A stretch of DNA of 64,000 bases from Octopus vulgaris (GCA_951406725.2 OX597830.1:27156001-27220000), one strand, 5' to 3'; counted from the stretch's first letter, positions 16,488 to 31,175 are shown. The notes: a model not told the origin generated them from the sequence alone. Made by a program: numbers and translations.

Positions 16488-17430
16488 TAGTATATTTTTA
16501 TAGCGTGCTTTCACTTCACTACCGAGCTCAGCTCTGTGTGCCTTGGGTATGTGCTGTGATTTGTTGTGATGCTGCTCTGATGGTTATTGTATTGAAAGTG
16601 TTCTGCATAGGATGTGTGCAGTGCCTAGTAGTGCAATTTTCTGTATGTTATATGTGTTTGTAAGTCCTGGTGTTTTTGCTATGTATTTGTCTGAATATTT
16701 TTTTATCATGCGTAATGCACCTATTATGATAGGAATTGTTTCTGCTTTTAGATTCCACATTCTGCTTACCTCTATTTCCAGGTCTTTGTATTTTGAAAGT
16801 TTCTCCATTTCTTTTAGAGACACGTTGTCATCCGCTGGTATTGATACATCAATTAGAAAGCATTTTTTCCCTTCATGATCTCTGACAACTCTATCTGGCC
16901 TATTGGCCTTAATTTCTCTATCCGTGTGTATTGGCATATCCCAGAGTATGGTTGCTTTCTCGTTTTCTGTGACCTTTTCTGGTGTGTGCCTATACCATCG
17001 TTTTTCTGTTGATATTCCATAATGTTGGCATAGTTTCCAGTGTATATAGGTCTCAACTCTGTCGTGTCTGTGAATATATTCCTTCTTAGCCAGGACTGGG
17101 CAGCCAGAGATAATATGATTTATTGTTTCTTGTCCATCTCCGCATATTCTGCAGTTACTTGTTATATTTCTTTTCATTACATGTTTTTGGTAATTTCTGG
17201 TGGGGAGGCTTTGGTCTTGTGCTGCAATTAAAAATCCTTCTGTCTCTGCTTTGAGTCCTGAGCTTCTCAACCATTGTTGGGATTTTTCTTTGTCTATTTC
17301 TTTAGCATTTAGTTTAGTCCAGTATTTGCCATGAAGGGCTTTTCTTGCCATCGTTTTATCATGTTTCGTTGCTGTTCTATTTTTAGTTTGGATTTCATTT
17401 GTTTTATAGCTTTTGTTGTTTCTTCTTCTT
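16488..17430 (-). mobile_element. 5'-truncated Dong family A copy (finger + endonuclease, open frame)
   Basis: ORF 16584-17351 is nearly identical to 5130-5900; ends in (TAA)n. Confidence 0.93.
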
Positions 17431-17479
17431 CTTCTTCTTCTTCTTCTTCTTCTTCTTCTTCTTCTTCTTCTTCTTCTTC

Positions 17480-17925
17480 TCCTTCTTCTAGGGTACCGGT
17501 CCGTTCATTTCTGTTGTCACATTGTTTTGAACGTGTAGTTTTTCGTACATTTTATGTTGTAAGTTTACAGTACGTACTTCCCGATTGTTATTCTTGGGTT
17601 GAATAATACCGGTATTGTTTCATTTATTCGTAGTTTTTTTGTACATGGTGTTTGGGGCCGGAGATGATCTGGTGTTGATGGATCGCAATGTATCAAGCAT
17701 GTTTACATGTGTTGTGTTAGAGGTGGAGATGATATCGAGTTAAAATACATCATTTCGTTTTGAAAATAGTAATAAATTTCAATGAGTATTACTTACTCGG
17801 ATATAGTCCAATACTTTGTCAGTTATTTTTTAGCTCCATGCGATGTCTTTGTTTTCGATGTTTGTGGATAGATTTCGGAGCACTGTTTTATCGCTCTCAC
17901 ATGTTTAACGTCCCCGGTGTAATCT
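17480..17925 (-). mobile_element. Possible highly decayed Penelope-like endonuclease C-terminus
   Basis: Frame-broken peptides IENKDIAWSxKITDKVLDY, EIYY, IISTS resemble the C-terminal tail of Penelope GIY-YIG ORFs; weak. Confidence 0.35.
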
Positions 17926-17927
17926 CT

Positions 17928-18352
17928 TTTTATAGCGTGCTTTCACTTCACTAACGAGCGCAGCTCTGTGTGCCTTAGGTATGTGCTGTGATTTGTTGTG
18001 ATGCTCTGATGGTTATTGTATGGAAAGTGTACTGCGTAGGATGTGTGCAGTGCCTAGTAGTGCAATTTTCTGTATGATATATGTGTTTGTAAGTCCTGGT
18101 GTTTTTGTTATGTATTTGTCTGAATATTTTTTTATCATCCCTAATGCACCTACTATGATAGGAATTGTTTCTGTTTTTAGATTCCACATTCTGGTTACCT
18201 CTATTTCCAGGTCTTTGTATTTTGAGAGTTTCGCCATTTCTTTTAGAGACACGTTGTCATCTGCCGGTATTGATACATCAATTAGAAAGCATTTTTTTTC
18301 TTCATGATCTCTGACAACTATATCTGGTTTGTTGGCCTTAATTTCTCTATCT
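17928..18352 (-). mobile_element. Short 5'-truncated Dong family A copy
   Basis: TDREIKANKPDIVV..LRSTLSIQ; 5' junction is (TAA)n. Confidence 0.92.
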
Positions 18353-18377
18353 GTTATTATAATTATTATTATTATTA

Positions 18378-18473
<96 letters not shown>

Positions 18474-18835
18474 TAATCATCATCATCATCATCATCATCA
18501 TCATTATTATTATTACCATTATTATTATTATTATTATTAGTTCAAATTCTGCAGCGGTCGATTTTGCCTTTCATCCTTTCGAGGGTCGATAAATTAAGTA
18601 CCAGTGAGACGCTGGGGTCGATGCAATCGACTATCCCCATCCTCAAAATTTCAGGCCTTGTGCCTATAGTAGAAAGGATTATCATCATCATCTTCATCAT
18701 CATCATCATCATCATCATTATTATTATTATTATTATTATTGGCTTTGTACTTTGGTCGAAATTGACGGAGACTTGACATTTGAATGTCTGTATTTGAGTT
18801 CAAGTCGAACATAAGTGCAAAGCTGAAATTGCTTT

Positions 18836-19056
18836 AAGGTGGCAGAGTCGTTAGCACGCTGGACGAAATGCTTAGTGGTATTTCGCTGTTACATTCTTAT
18901 TTCAAATTCCGCCGAGGTTGACTTTGCCTTTCATCCTTTCGGGGTCGATAAATTAAGTACCAGTTACGCACTGGGGTCGATGTAATCGACTTAATACCTA
19001 TGTCTGTCCTTGTTTGTTCCCTCTGTGTTTAGCCCCTTGTGGGTAATAAAGAAATA
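18836..19056 (+). mobile_element. tRNA-SINE with gcctttcatcctttcggggtcgataa central domain and Tx1-like tail
   Basis: Recurrent family, also at 32430-32660, 41945-42165, 44798-45195, 46805-47220, 51930-52156, 60275-60500. Confidence 0.85.
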
Positions 19057-19600
19057 GGTATTTCGCCGTCCGTCTTAACGTTTTGAACTCATATCTCACT
19101 GGGGTAGACTTTGCCTTTTGTCCTTTCGAAGACCCATAAAGTGAGTACCAGTTGAGCCCTAGGGTCGCCAAAATTGGAAAACATTGTTATTGTTGTAATT
19201 TTGGAAGCGAGTCGGACTGGATATATTGTCTTTATGGTCAAGACAAATAAAAGACATGAAACCCTGATCAGAAGGCTATAGAAGCAGCTTTCTTTTTTAT
19301 ATCAAAGCTTTCTATTCGACATTATATACCACCTATTATAATCGCTACACTTTCCATGACCTGAAAATCAGAGTGTGTCGTACATGACCTAGCTCGTAAC
19401 CCTGAATAGACGTGATTGTGGCTTCAAATTCAATGTGGTATGAACTGCTTTGCTTTCTTTCGCCCACGAACAAACATTTGCATTATTCCCGAGATTGTAT
19501 TTCATTGTTCATTGACCAGATAGATAATTAAAACTAAGAATGTTTGTATGTGTTGTCACTTATTCAACAAATGTCAACATGACCGTAATTCATTCATATA

Positions 19601-19658
<58 letters not shown>

Positions 19659-20144
19659 GTGCATGTATGTATTTGTATATGTATGTATATTAGCTAAGCT
19701 GGTTCTGCTTGTGTAGCAAGCATTGCTTTGCTACGAAATGCTCGTAGTCCATGTTTTACTTGTTACATTCCTTGCTGCCTTGAATCTTTTATTCGCCTAT
19801 TTATGCAACTTTAGTTGCTAAACTGTGTGTTGCAAGGTAATCGTCAGCTTATCGAAATTACTTTTGATTTCAATATGGGACAAAGTGTGCAACTTACGTT
19901 GTTACTAAATTCGATTTATTGTATATTCTCCACATTTTGTCATCTGTACTAGCTGCATACATCCATACTAACATCCTTCGCCACGATTTTTGAATTATAC
20001 TAACCTCTTACTATACATACATGCATATACATAATATATAGATATGCATATATATATATGTGTGTATATTTATATATATATCACCATTCACAAAGAGCAA
20101 ATCCGCCAACCCACAATAGAGACAGTTCGTTTCAGTCTCTTACC

Positions 20145-20180
<36 letters not shown>

Positions 20181-20436
20181 TCTTATAATCATCAATAATA
20201 ATGACCTTTTTGACTAGTAATACTCTAAATGTATATATTTGTCTCTACCTGTCATAAATAGCCTTTTTATATCTACAATATGCACTTTGGTTGATTTTTC
20301 ATATTCTACCCTTACATTTCCACGTGTATTTTATTTTTTTTTTCAAAACATATTTCTATTATATTTCACTACATTGCAAGAAGAGTTATTTTTATGCATT
20401 TTACAACATTTCATTAAAATCTAGGTGTTGTTCTTA

Positions 20437-20478
<42 letters not shown>

Positions 20479-20767
20479 ACAAAATAGACGATTGACCACG
20501 CATTTTTTCATTGGCTCTTTTCACACGACCATATATAGACTGCATTATTTTCATTGACACTTTTGATTTGACACAACCTATTTACGTAAATACAGAGATT
20601 TGGAACGCTCTAAAAAAGATTTGGTGGCCACGGTTGGAAATCTCCTAAAATGGGTTATCATATCTGGGATGTTGGTGGCGCTTTCCACAAATAAGTTCAT
20701 TTTTTAATAAGATTGAAATTTAAATTAGAAAACAAAATTTGTGAAATTATGTTATTATCAAGTTTTT

Positions 20768-20815
<48 letters not shown>

Positions 20816-20929
20816 GGGGGAAATAATTGTATAAAATAGAAAGAAAACATGTAAAAGAAAAATAGAAAAAAACAAAAACTACCGATAGTTTTCTGTTTTT
20901 CTTGGACGGATCACCAAGAATAATTAATT

Positions 20930-23900
20930 CTTTTTTATTGGCCACAAGGGCTGACACACATTATTTGAAAACATAAAGGAACAAAACAGGACGAAAGGTT
21001 ACAAAGGGTTTTGTCCGTTTTTGAAAAATCCGTGTAAACAACAGTGTAACAATGAAAATATTTAACAACGAAAAACTCCCAATAGGGGGAGGCGTTACGA
21101 AAGGTTCCTGGTGGAAAAAACCCATAAAAGCCAACGGGAGCCTAGTCAAAAAGGGGGGTAGAGAGCCCTTTTTCTCCTTTTATAGTACCTTTTTGAATTA
21201 CAGGCGAAACCTGAGAACTGGTCCATTTATACTGGCCATTCTCGCACAATTCACCCACCTTTCAGTAAACTTGCTATCGGACAGCACTCTCCTCTCTAAC
21301 CTCATCTTCCTTTTCAAGTGAAACTTGAAAAAGTTGATGAGGCCTTGGCCAAAGAGGAAAGTGTCTGACTTTAGCCCTTTCAAACGGGTCCACCATACAA
21401 CCTCTTTCGCTACAGCCACTAGGCACAAGAAAACTGCTTCGCCCTCCTTCTTAAAGGGCAATCTTCACTATGGATTCGGCCGATAGCCGGATCCGTCCTA
21501 CACGTGACAGTAGCTGTTCGACATAAACCCATAGTTCAGCAATACTCGGGCACTGGACGAGTGCATGCAAAACGGTTTCGTCGTCCTGGCAACACCTCGG
21601 ACAGGCCCGACTGACTGCACTTCCGTGTCGGTAGAGTTTATCCCGAACAGGCAGAGCCCCTCGGTAGCACTGCCAGGCGAGCGACCTCTGGAAATTGTCC
21701 ATTGGCCCCGGCCCGAAAGTCCTCCCGAACAGACCGCTCAGTTCGTTATCGTCAACGCCTAGAGTTTCCCCGAGAACGTCGTCGCATTTTTCCTCCACTA
21801 ACCCTCTATAGAACGCTAGAGTGGAGCTGAAACCGATCGCATTTCCCGCCTGGCGGAGGGCGGAGAGAACTTGACGGCATTCGAGGTGCCAAGCGTCCTT
21901 TCTCGGTCTACGTTTGATCCAGGTCTGCAGCTCTGTCAAAGAGACGAGCTGCGGAAAGTCGCGTCTGACAAAAGACGACCACACCTGATCACCGTCTAGG
22001 AAACGCTTGAGATGTCGCAGCCTGAGCGCATGTCTGCGCATCAGTAACCACGGCATGCCAAGGCCTCCGTTCAGCGGTCGTTGACAGCAGATGGATCGCC
22101 TGACCAGTGGCACCTGACCCTTCCACAAAAAGTCGAAGAGCAGGCGTACCAGCTTGGCCAACCAGCAGTCGGGACAAGGGACGACGGTCAAGCGGTAATA
22201 GATGACGGATGCGATGTACGCATTCGCCACCTCCGCTCGACCTTTCAGGGACAGCTTCCTCTCGGCCCATTTCTGGGTGAGACGTGCCACCCTGCTCGTC
22301 ACCTCTCCCCAGTTTTTATCCACCTGGAGGTCCGGACCGAACCAGACCCCGAGCAGTTTAACGGGTCAATCTGTCCAGCGCCCTACGACGCTGTTGGACG
22401 GCATGGGCTTGCCTCTCCAGGTGCCCAGTTGCAAGCCCACAGACTTTTCCGCGTTAATCTTTGCCCCTGTCACCGCTTCGTACTCGTTGAGTGTGTCGCC
22501 AATAAGGCCAATGTGCCTGTGGCTCGACACCATCACGGTGACGTCGTCGGCATAGGCAGACACGCTGTTTCCGCCTCCTAGATCGCGCGGGATACCCCTC
22601 AAAGCCTCCAACTTGCGCAGTAATGGCTCGAGAGTCAATATGTACAAGAGGGAGGAGAGAGGGCATCCTTGGCGGACCGAACGCGAGATGTCGAACGGTT
22701 CCGAAAGGTGACCGTTCACCCGTATCACCGAGCAAATGTTGCTGTATAAAGCAGCTATCCACCCGCGGAAAACTGGACAGAAGTCGGCTGCCCTGAGAAC
22801 GGCTGCCAGGTACCGATGGTCGACCCTATCGAAGGCTTTACTCTGATCTAAGTTGAACAAAGCCCCAACCGCGCCAGCGTCGTTACCCACCCTCTCTAAG
22901 ATGTAGCGCATGAGATGGAGGTTGTCGTGTATTGACCTGGTTAGCACGGCGCATGTCTGCGTCTTGCCGACCAGCTTGTCCACGGCAAGCGCCAATCTCT
23001 TGGCTAGCACCTTGGCCAAAATCTTCAACTCTGCTTTGAGCAGAATGATGAGCCGAAAATTCCCTATAACGTCCCCCGTGTTTGGGTCCTTTTTTAGCAA
23101 AGCTACCACCCCTCGACAGACAAAAGCAGGAATTCTCCCGTTTTGCTGCCAGTTGCAGTAGACGTTTGCCAACAGGCCCGCAAACAAGTCTGGCATTGAA
23201 GTGTAAAGCTCGTAGGGCAGACCATCTAAACCCGGCGATCTACCTCACGTGCAACTCTTCATTGCTTCCTCCACTTCCCAGACAGATATCGGTCCTTCGC
23301 AGCACTCTGCCTCGCTGTTCGAGAGTTGCGGTAGGCCGTCCAGGTACACACCGAAGTCTGAACCATTGTGCGTTCCACAGCTCGTCCCAAACAGTTGAGC
23401 AAAGTGCCGCTGAAACACCGCACACATCTGCTTTGGTTCAGTAACCTCGCGCCCGTTCTGGTCCACCAAAGACCGAATGGTTGCCCATCGAGCGGCTCTA
23501 GTCCACTCCCCGCTTAGCGAACGTGCCTTAGCTCTGACAACGCAGCCTTCGTGTTTGGCGTCAAAGTGTTGGTCGAGGGCCAACCTTGCCGCCAAAACGT
23601 CGGTCGCGATGCCTGTCTCAAGAGCCTCGTCTAGTTTCTTAACTAAATCCCGCTCTCTCTTACTACGTTCAATAGCTAGAGTCTTGCTAAACCTAATCGA
23701 CTCTACTCTAATTGCTCTCTTGAGGGCAAACCACCAGTTGTTGTTGATGATTGCCCCCGTGAGCGCCCGCTTAACTAGTAAACTAATCCGGTCTCTTGTA
23801 AGCTTTGCACGCCGTTAACGACGCGTTCAGCTTCCAGTAGCCGGGTCCCTGTCTATGTAGCCTATCTAAGTCGACCGTACAGATCACTAATTTGTGGTCC

Positions 23901-26645
23901 GTATAGTCGACTAAGAGGAATTGTGGACACCCTACGCTGTCCTTATCCGCTGGCCTACAAAACACTCTATCTAAGTACGATCTAGACGACCCGATGCGAT
24001 TGGTCCAAGTCCACATTGGCACATTCGGGTTGTCTAGTCGAAACCTGTCGGACAGCTGAAAGCGGCCGAGTAGGTTGGCGAGGCTCTTGCACCCTCCTCC
24101 TCTCCTATCAGACGCTCCCCTGCCCACCCGATCGAAACGTTCGTCTAAGACAGCGTTCCAATCCCCAACTAGCACTAGAGTGCGTGACGTTCCAAGGAAA
24201 ACTTCCAGACGTTTGAAATAATCCGACTGCCCTGCCCCTGTCGGAGCGTAGGCAGCCAGCAGTCTGAAAGCACCGCCGTCACTACCGTCTACGTCGAGGA
24301 CCACCAACTTACCTTCCGGATCCAGGAAGACTGTCCTTATTTTCAAGTCCAGGCCCTTCCGAAACAACACCGCAGTACCACCACCGCCCGCTCCCGGCCG
24401 ACACGGAGATAGAAATATCTCGTATCCGCCGAAAAGGGCCGCGTGTTCCTGCGGGTCGGAGAGCCTGGTTTCACTGATGGCTGCTACATCCACATCATGA
24501 AACCTCAGGTCGTTTAACAGGTGACCCTGTTTCCAAGGTGACCCGAGGCCTCTCACATTCAAGCAACCGATTCTAAGATTTGCCATCTTTCAAAGGTAGG
24601 GAAAAAAAATAAAAGGAGAAAAAAGGCTCTACTTACTGTTGTTGGTGGTGGGGGTGGCTCCCTTGTGCTTTTTCACGGATGCTTCCACAATATTTTTGTA
24701 AAGTTTCTTGGAGGAACTTTTCCCTAGTAATCCGACATCGTTAGAGAATATTTGTTTTATTTCGTTATATATTTTTGTATTCATTTTTATTGTGAGAATG
24801 TGTGCTGGCGGTGTGTTATGCCTTGGTATAACGAAATCTGTTATATTTGTATTAGTTTTGTCTTTTAAGTACTCCACTAGTTTCTGGTTTTTTGTGTTTA
24901 TTGATGTAATTGTGTGTTTGTGTGTGTGTTTGTGTGTGTGGCAGTGGCAGTAGTGGTGTCGAAAGTGTTGTTGTTGTTTGTTGTTGTGAGTGTGTGTTGT
25001 TGTTGTTGTTGTTGATGTTGGGAAGCACTATTTGTTCGTGCTTCCCCTGTGTGTATTTTTGTTTTCTCCTCCTTTTCTTTTTTGGAGGCACCATGTTCCA
25101 TTCTCCTTTGTTGGAATCAGAGCTCGCACAATCCGAGTACTCTTCATCCGGCAAAGGAATAGTTGTTGGATCTGCTTCAGCAGCAGGGCGAAAGATTTCT
25201 GTTGGTTCTTTTGGTATTGGTGGTGTTGTTGTTTCTGTTGTTGATGGTGACTGTGTCGGTGAGTTTTCTTTTCCTTTTATGTTGTTGTTGATTTTCTCGG
25301 TGCTGGGGTTGGTGTTGGTTTGGTGGTTGTTGTTGTTGGAGGTGGTGTCGTTCGTCTTGGTGCTGGTGGTGGTGTTGGTGGTGTGGCAGCCTTTGGTGTT
25401 TCGTGCTGTTTCTGTTGTTGTTGTTGCTGCCTCTTGCTGTTTGCCTCCATTCTTTTCTTCTGAATGGGGCAGTCCCTGCTGCAGAGGAAACATTTTGGCT
25501 TTCGCTCCTCCACAGCAACGTGTAGCTTGGTGCCGTCCGGCAAATTGACGAAATCTGGGATCTTGTTCATATTCTCTTGCTGAATCTGAGCAAGAAGCAG
25601 CACTCCCATCCCTAACCAGTTTTTCCCTGACTCTCCTGACATCCAGAATAGTTGTAGTGTCCTCTATGTCATAGAGGACAGCTGCCACCAGCCATGACAT
25701 ATCGAGTTCAGGGGGGACGAGATCAATTTTTATGTTTGTTACCCTTCGCCCGAGGTGGGTTGGAATAAGTAACAAAGTTCCTGTTTGCAAGGGCGAAATG
25801 GAGTGCTCCCTTGCTTCTTCTTCCGTTCGAAAACGAACCTCTACGGTTCCGAAACGCTTCCCCTTGGTGTCGTAGCTCTTTTGGCCCCAAATGGGCTTTA
25901 GAGCTATTTCCAACTGTTGGGGTGTGGCGTTTGTCATTTTTTAAAGTTTCTTGTCGAAAATTTTGTATGTAATTGTTTTTTTATTGGTTTCGTCAATTAC
26001 TTCTTGTGGAGTATTGAGGAAGATACTATTGCCATCTTTCCTCAATAACTCCTTCGCCTTTTTGATATCTTGTAATGTGATCTTTACTTCGTCCGAAATT
26101 TGCTTCGCAGCAGAAGCAAAACCGTTGGAAGTTTTTTCACTTTTATCTGTGTTTATGTTTGTGTTAATGTTGGTAATGGTTTTTCCTTCCTCCTCCTTCG
26201 GTACCATAGCACTGGTTGAAGGCAGAGGGGGGGAAATCGAGACTGACATCGAACGTGATGTCCTGATTTGTATTCTCTTTTCGAACGGAGCGCGTGCTCT
26301 CCGGTTCGGAAGGAGGATCTTTGTTGCCTTTTATGGCGTGAAGTGGGTGTTTTTGTGACAATGTGTGTGTTTGCGGAGGGTATGGAGTTGAGAGAAGGGA
26401 ACAGCCGACTGTTCGCTTCATAGCCATTTTTTAAAAAATGTATTTGTAAATTTTACAATGTTCAAAATTTCAAAACGTAATTTTACCCCCAATGGGGTAA
26501 AATTTTGCCTAGCCAACTAGCTCCGCAAGAAGTTAGTCGGCTTGGCTACAAAAATATTCAAAAATATTTAGAATTTTAAAGAAATTTCCAATACAAATGG
26601 TGCAAAACTTACGCTGCTTCTGGAGACACGTCCGTCAGCTTTGAA
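20930..26645 (-). mobile_element. Near full-length Tx1/L1-clade retrotransposon, frameshifted ORF1 and ORF2
   Basis: ORF2 from 24586: APE endonuclease (NVRGL, SET, GDWN, YLDR, TDH), RT (KAFDRV, QGCPLS, YADD), C-terminal CPRC..ET..H...C finger, ending near 21198. ORF1 pieces 24629-26427 include a decayed knuckle (KCFLC..DCP) and a Thr/Asn-rich region. AATAAA at the 3' end. Confidence 0.95.
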
Positions 26646-27088
26646 AGAAATAATAATAATAATAATAATAGCAATAATAGCAATAATAATAATAATGATT
26701 GCTTTATTAACCACAAGTGTTAATAATAATAATAATAATAACAATTGTATGTTTAACTAACAAGTTAAAAAAACAATCAACTAATCAGTTAGATATTTAA
26801 TTAATTGACTAACAATAATAAAGAAGTGGAATTGAACCCGTGTGTGTGTTATTGGTGCTATGACTCTCCCAAGACACAACAAAAATAACAATAATAATAA
26901 TAGAATAAAGATATCCCACCCACCCCAACTCATGCCTCATGCAGGAAATGATAAATAATTAAATAAAAATAATAAACAAATAATTGAATAAAAAAATTGA
27001 ATGAAATTAAAAATGATAAATTAGAAAATATGAAATAATCAAATAAAAAAAAGATGAATATAATTTATATCATTGCCTTAGAGGATAC

Positions 27089-27190
27089 AATCTGATGTTG
27101 ATTGGTGGGACTTCGAAGGAGTAATTTGTTCATCTCTTGTCTTTTCTTTCCTTCACGCTCTTGAGCTGCGAATGAAGTCTTTAATTCATT
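27089..27190 (-). CDS. CIBAR1: CIBAR1/FAM92 minus-strand copy, exon 5
   Basis: ttgcAG|NELKTSFAAQEREGKKRQEMNKLLLRSPTNQHQI|GTatcc; 102 nt, phase 0/0; resembles FAM92 DDLKATLTARNREAKQ..RNPSDRHVI. Confidence 0.85.
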
Positions 27191-27601
27191 CTGCAATTAA
27201 GAGAGGATAAAAGGTAAAAAATAAATCTTATGATAATTTTACTTGTCATTGTGTTACTTAGCCCATCAGTAACACTTTCACATGATTAGAGAAAAAGAGA
27301 AAGAAAAGAGGGAGGGAGTTGTGAGGCAGAGGGAAGGTAATTGTAAAACTTTCACATGATTATTTAAAGGAAAAGAGAAGAGAAAGGAAAACGAGAAAGA
27401 AAAAGAGGATAAGGCAAAGTGTGAGACAGAAAGAGGGAGAGAGAAGCATCCATAACAAGAGGTAGGGGGAATGTAATATTCATCACGTGGTTAAAAAAGT
27501 TAGTTGAAAGTAGTGATGGTATAGAGGAGGAGAGTTAAAAATATAATTTTAGCAGAGGGGTGATGTTCTGATGATGAGGTTAAAGAAAAGCAGACAGAGA
27601 G

Positions 27602-27645
<44 letters not shown>

Positions 27646-29246
27646 TGATGGAGGTGGTAATGATGATTGGATAGTATTTTTTTTTAATTGAACTAAGTTT
27701 TTTAAATCACCAATCACTTAACACATGCGCACAAGTGCAATTCCATTAAATATTCACACTTATTTACATGGCAGATATATGCAATTTAACTAAAGGTTGT
27801 ATCATATGTAAGAGACATTTCTTTTTTGTTTAAGGGAAAAATAGAAAAATAAGAGTGAACATTTATTTTACAAGTGCTGTGTATTAAGTCTATAAAATTG
27901 GGCATAAAGTATATAAAGTGTATATATAAAATGCCTTAAGTAATCATCATATTCCAATTTTTCAATGAGTAGCAGATGAGCAACTATTTTTCCATACAGA
28001 CACAACACAGGCTATGCTTTAAGACTTTTTCGATAATGTTTTCAGAAATAACCCAATATGTTTAATTCCGTGAAATACTAAATATTTTATTTAGTAAATA
28101 AATAAAAAACATGAATAATTTCAAAATTATTTCAAAATTTATAGAGAAAAAATGAGGAGCCTGCCAACTAGAGAGTAAATACATTATCCCTTTAACATAT
28201 CTGGTCCAAATACTCTACCTATTTTATGCTCAAAGTAGCCAGATCTAGCCTCTCAGACTTACCCAACAATGTCATTCTAAAAATAAACAATCACATATTC
28301 AAAATTTCAAAGCTACAAGATAATGCATGATTAATTCAAAATAATATGACTAAATAAACATTACCTTTGACAGAGCAATCTGAATGTTAAAAGGTTAAAG
28401 CAAGTATCAGCAAAGTGGCTTGTACTGAACCCTTAGGCAGCCTATGAGATATCCAAGGGATCAACAAACACCTAAAATGATTTTGAGCATTTAGGGTGCT
28501 GAATTATTAGCAAACTAACTCTGGACAAATGCAGAAACTATTTTCCAAGTCAAATATGGATTCAATAACTAGTGCTAACAAAAGGCATATTTCACATGAA
28601 ATGTTCCAATGGCTGTGTGGTAAGAAGCTAGCTTCCCAGCCGCATGGCGATTGGGTTCAGTCCCACTGCGTGACACTTTGGGCAAGTGTCTTCTACTACA
28701 GCCTCGGGCTGCCCAAAGCCTTGTGAATGGATTTGATAGACAGAAACTGAAAGAAGCCCATCAAATGTGTCTGTGTGTGTGTGTGTGTTTGTTTGTACCT
28801 CATCACCATGTGACAACAGGTGTTGATATGTTTACACCTCAATAACTTAGCAGTTCAGCAAAAAGTATCTGCTAGAATAAGTACTAAGCTTAAAAAATAA
28901 CTCCCGTGGTCAATTTGTTTGACTAAAACCCTTTAAGGAGGTGCTCCAGCATGGCCACAGTCAAATTACTGACACTAGTAAAAGAATAAAAGAACATAAC
29001 AATAATATATGACCGAAATTTTATTGTTCTTTATCAATTTTATTCTTTTACTTGTTTCAGTCATTTGACTGTGGCCCTGCTGGAGCACCGCCTTTTAGTT
29101 GAGCATATCGATCTCAGGACTTATTCTTTGTAAGCCTAATACTTATTCTATCAGCCTCTTTCGCCGAACCACTAAGTTACGGAGACGTAAACACACCAGC
29201 ATCAGTTGTCAAGTGATGTTGAGGGGACACACATAGACACACAAAG

Positions 29247-29331
<85 letters not shown>

Positions 29332-31175
29332 ATTATTAGAGACAAAACCACTTTTGTAGGCCTGAGGCTATAGTGGAAGACACTTGCCCAAGGTGCCACA
29401 CAGTGGGACTGAACCCGGAACCATGTGGTTGGTAAGCAAGCTACTTACCCCATAGTCACTCCTATGCCTACACATAGGAGTATCTATTCAGTATTTTCAT
29501 TAAATTTCGTTAAATAGTTCTTATCGAAAAGTGGTAACGACACAAAAGGACAAAGAAATTATTGTTTTTAAATCAAGAAATATCTTATTAATTCATCATC
29601 ATCATCATTATCCTCATTGTTTAACTGTCGGCCTTCCATGTTGGCATGGAGTGGACAGTTTGACAGGAGCTGACCAAACTTCTGTGTCTGTTTTGGCATG
29701 GTTTTTACAGCTGGATGCCCTTCCTAACACCAACCACCCAACAGAGTGAACAGAATGCTTTTTACATGTCACAAGCACAGGGGGAGCATAATTTTACCTT
29801 CAAAAGAGAAATTCAATGTTATATGCTGGAGGTAAGTAAGTTATCAACATTGCCATAAAGAAATCAATGACATAATTTATCTGCTGACCTCTGCATTAAG
29901 TGGACACTTAAGTTGATGAAAATGAGTAAAAGGATACACTAATTAGATGAGAAGCCAATCAATCAGGCTATTGATGATTAACAATTGCTTTGCATTAATG
30001 TAATTGAAGAACAGATATGGAAAGATGAAAATGTGACCAGCCAATTAACGTATTACATTTAACGAATACGTTAACAAAAATATATAAACACATGTAAGTG
30101 AGATGAGACAGAACCAAGCCAATCAAGCTGTTTAATTAATGAGGGTTTGACATGAATAAAAATTAACAGACAGACATACATCAGAGATAAGAAAGAGACT
30201 GGCCAGTTAAAGTGCTACATTTAATGAATGCTTACATTAATGAAAATGAGTGAATAAATACAGGTAAGATGAGAAAGAGGCCAGCCGATCAAGCAATTAA
30301 ATTAATGACTGGTAGATATTAATTGCTTGCACATTCATTTTTCCTAGTGTATTTAATGAACAGTTACATTAACAAACATGAATAGTCACACAGATCAATC
30401 CTTATTGCAGTGTGGGGGCTTGCACCACCTGACTAGCACCTGCACCGGTGGCATGTAAAAGGCACCATTTGAGTATGGTTGATGCCACTGCCACTTTCTC
30501 AAATCATGTCAACTCATAAGGGCCAGATTCTCAGTTTCATGGCGTTTAAATTCCCCACCTGGATGGGACGTTTGTCCATCGTATGATTATTCATTTTCGC
30601 CAGCTGAGTGGATAGGAGCAATGTGAAATGAAGTGTTTTGCTCAAGAACACAACATGTTGCCCGGTCCAGGAATCGAAACAACAATCTTACAATCATGAA
30701 TCCAACACCTTAACCACTAAGCCTCATACTTGAGAAGTATGCTAGCCGAATGCAAGCCTCATAGGGCTTCCCATGCTGGACAGGTCAAAGGATAGAGACA
30801 AGAGTAATATGGAACACCTCTTCCCAGAGGTGAAAATGGGTTCATGTAAGACCAACACCTTTACCTAGAAAAAAAAGCAAAGTCACATGCATTGATGATA
30901 AATCAAAACCAACACAACTTGGGACAGGAAGGTCTTCCTTCTGGGAAACACATGACATAGGGCAACAAAATCTGAAATGAAGCTGCATGGAAAAAGCAGG
31001 GATCCAACTGATCAGAAGCAGAAAAGACAGACTCAAATCAAGAACAGCAGTGGAAAGTTGTCAATGGCCTATTCTCCACAGGGTAGGAAGGGTTCAATGA
31101 TAATCATCACACCAGCAAATATGAATGAACACATACATAAGTGAAATGCAAAAGAGGCTTAGCAATGAGTGAATT

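Noticed and set aside
20250-20330. Minus-strand peptide VRVEYEKSTKVHIVDIKRLFMT ending at a GT as possible FAM92 exon 6
   Set aside because: Similarity too weak and no convincing acceptor.
21565-26358. Plus-strand ORFs over the Tx1 element
   Set aside because: Antisense shadows of ORF1/ORF2.
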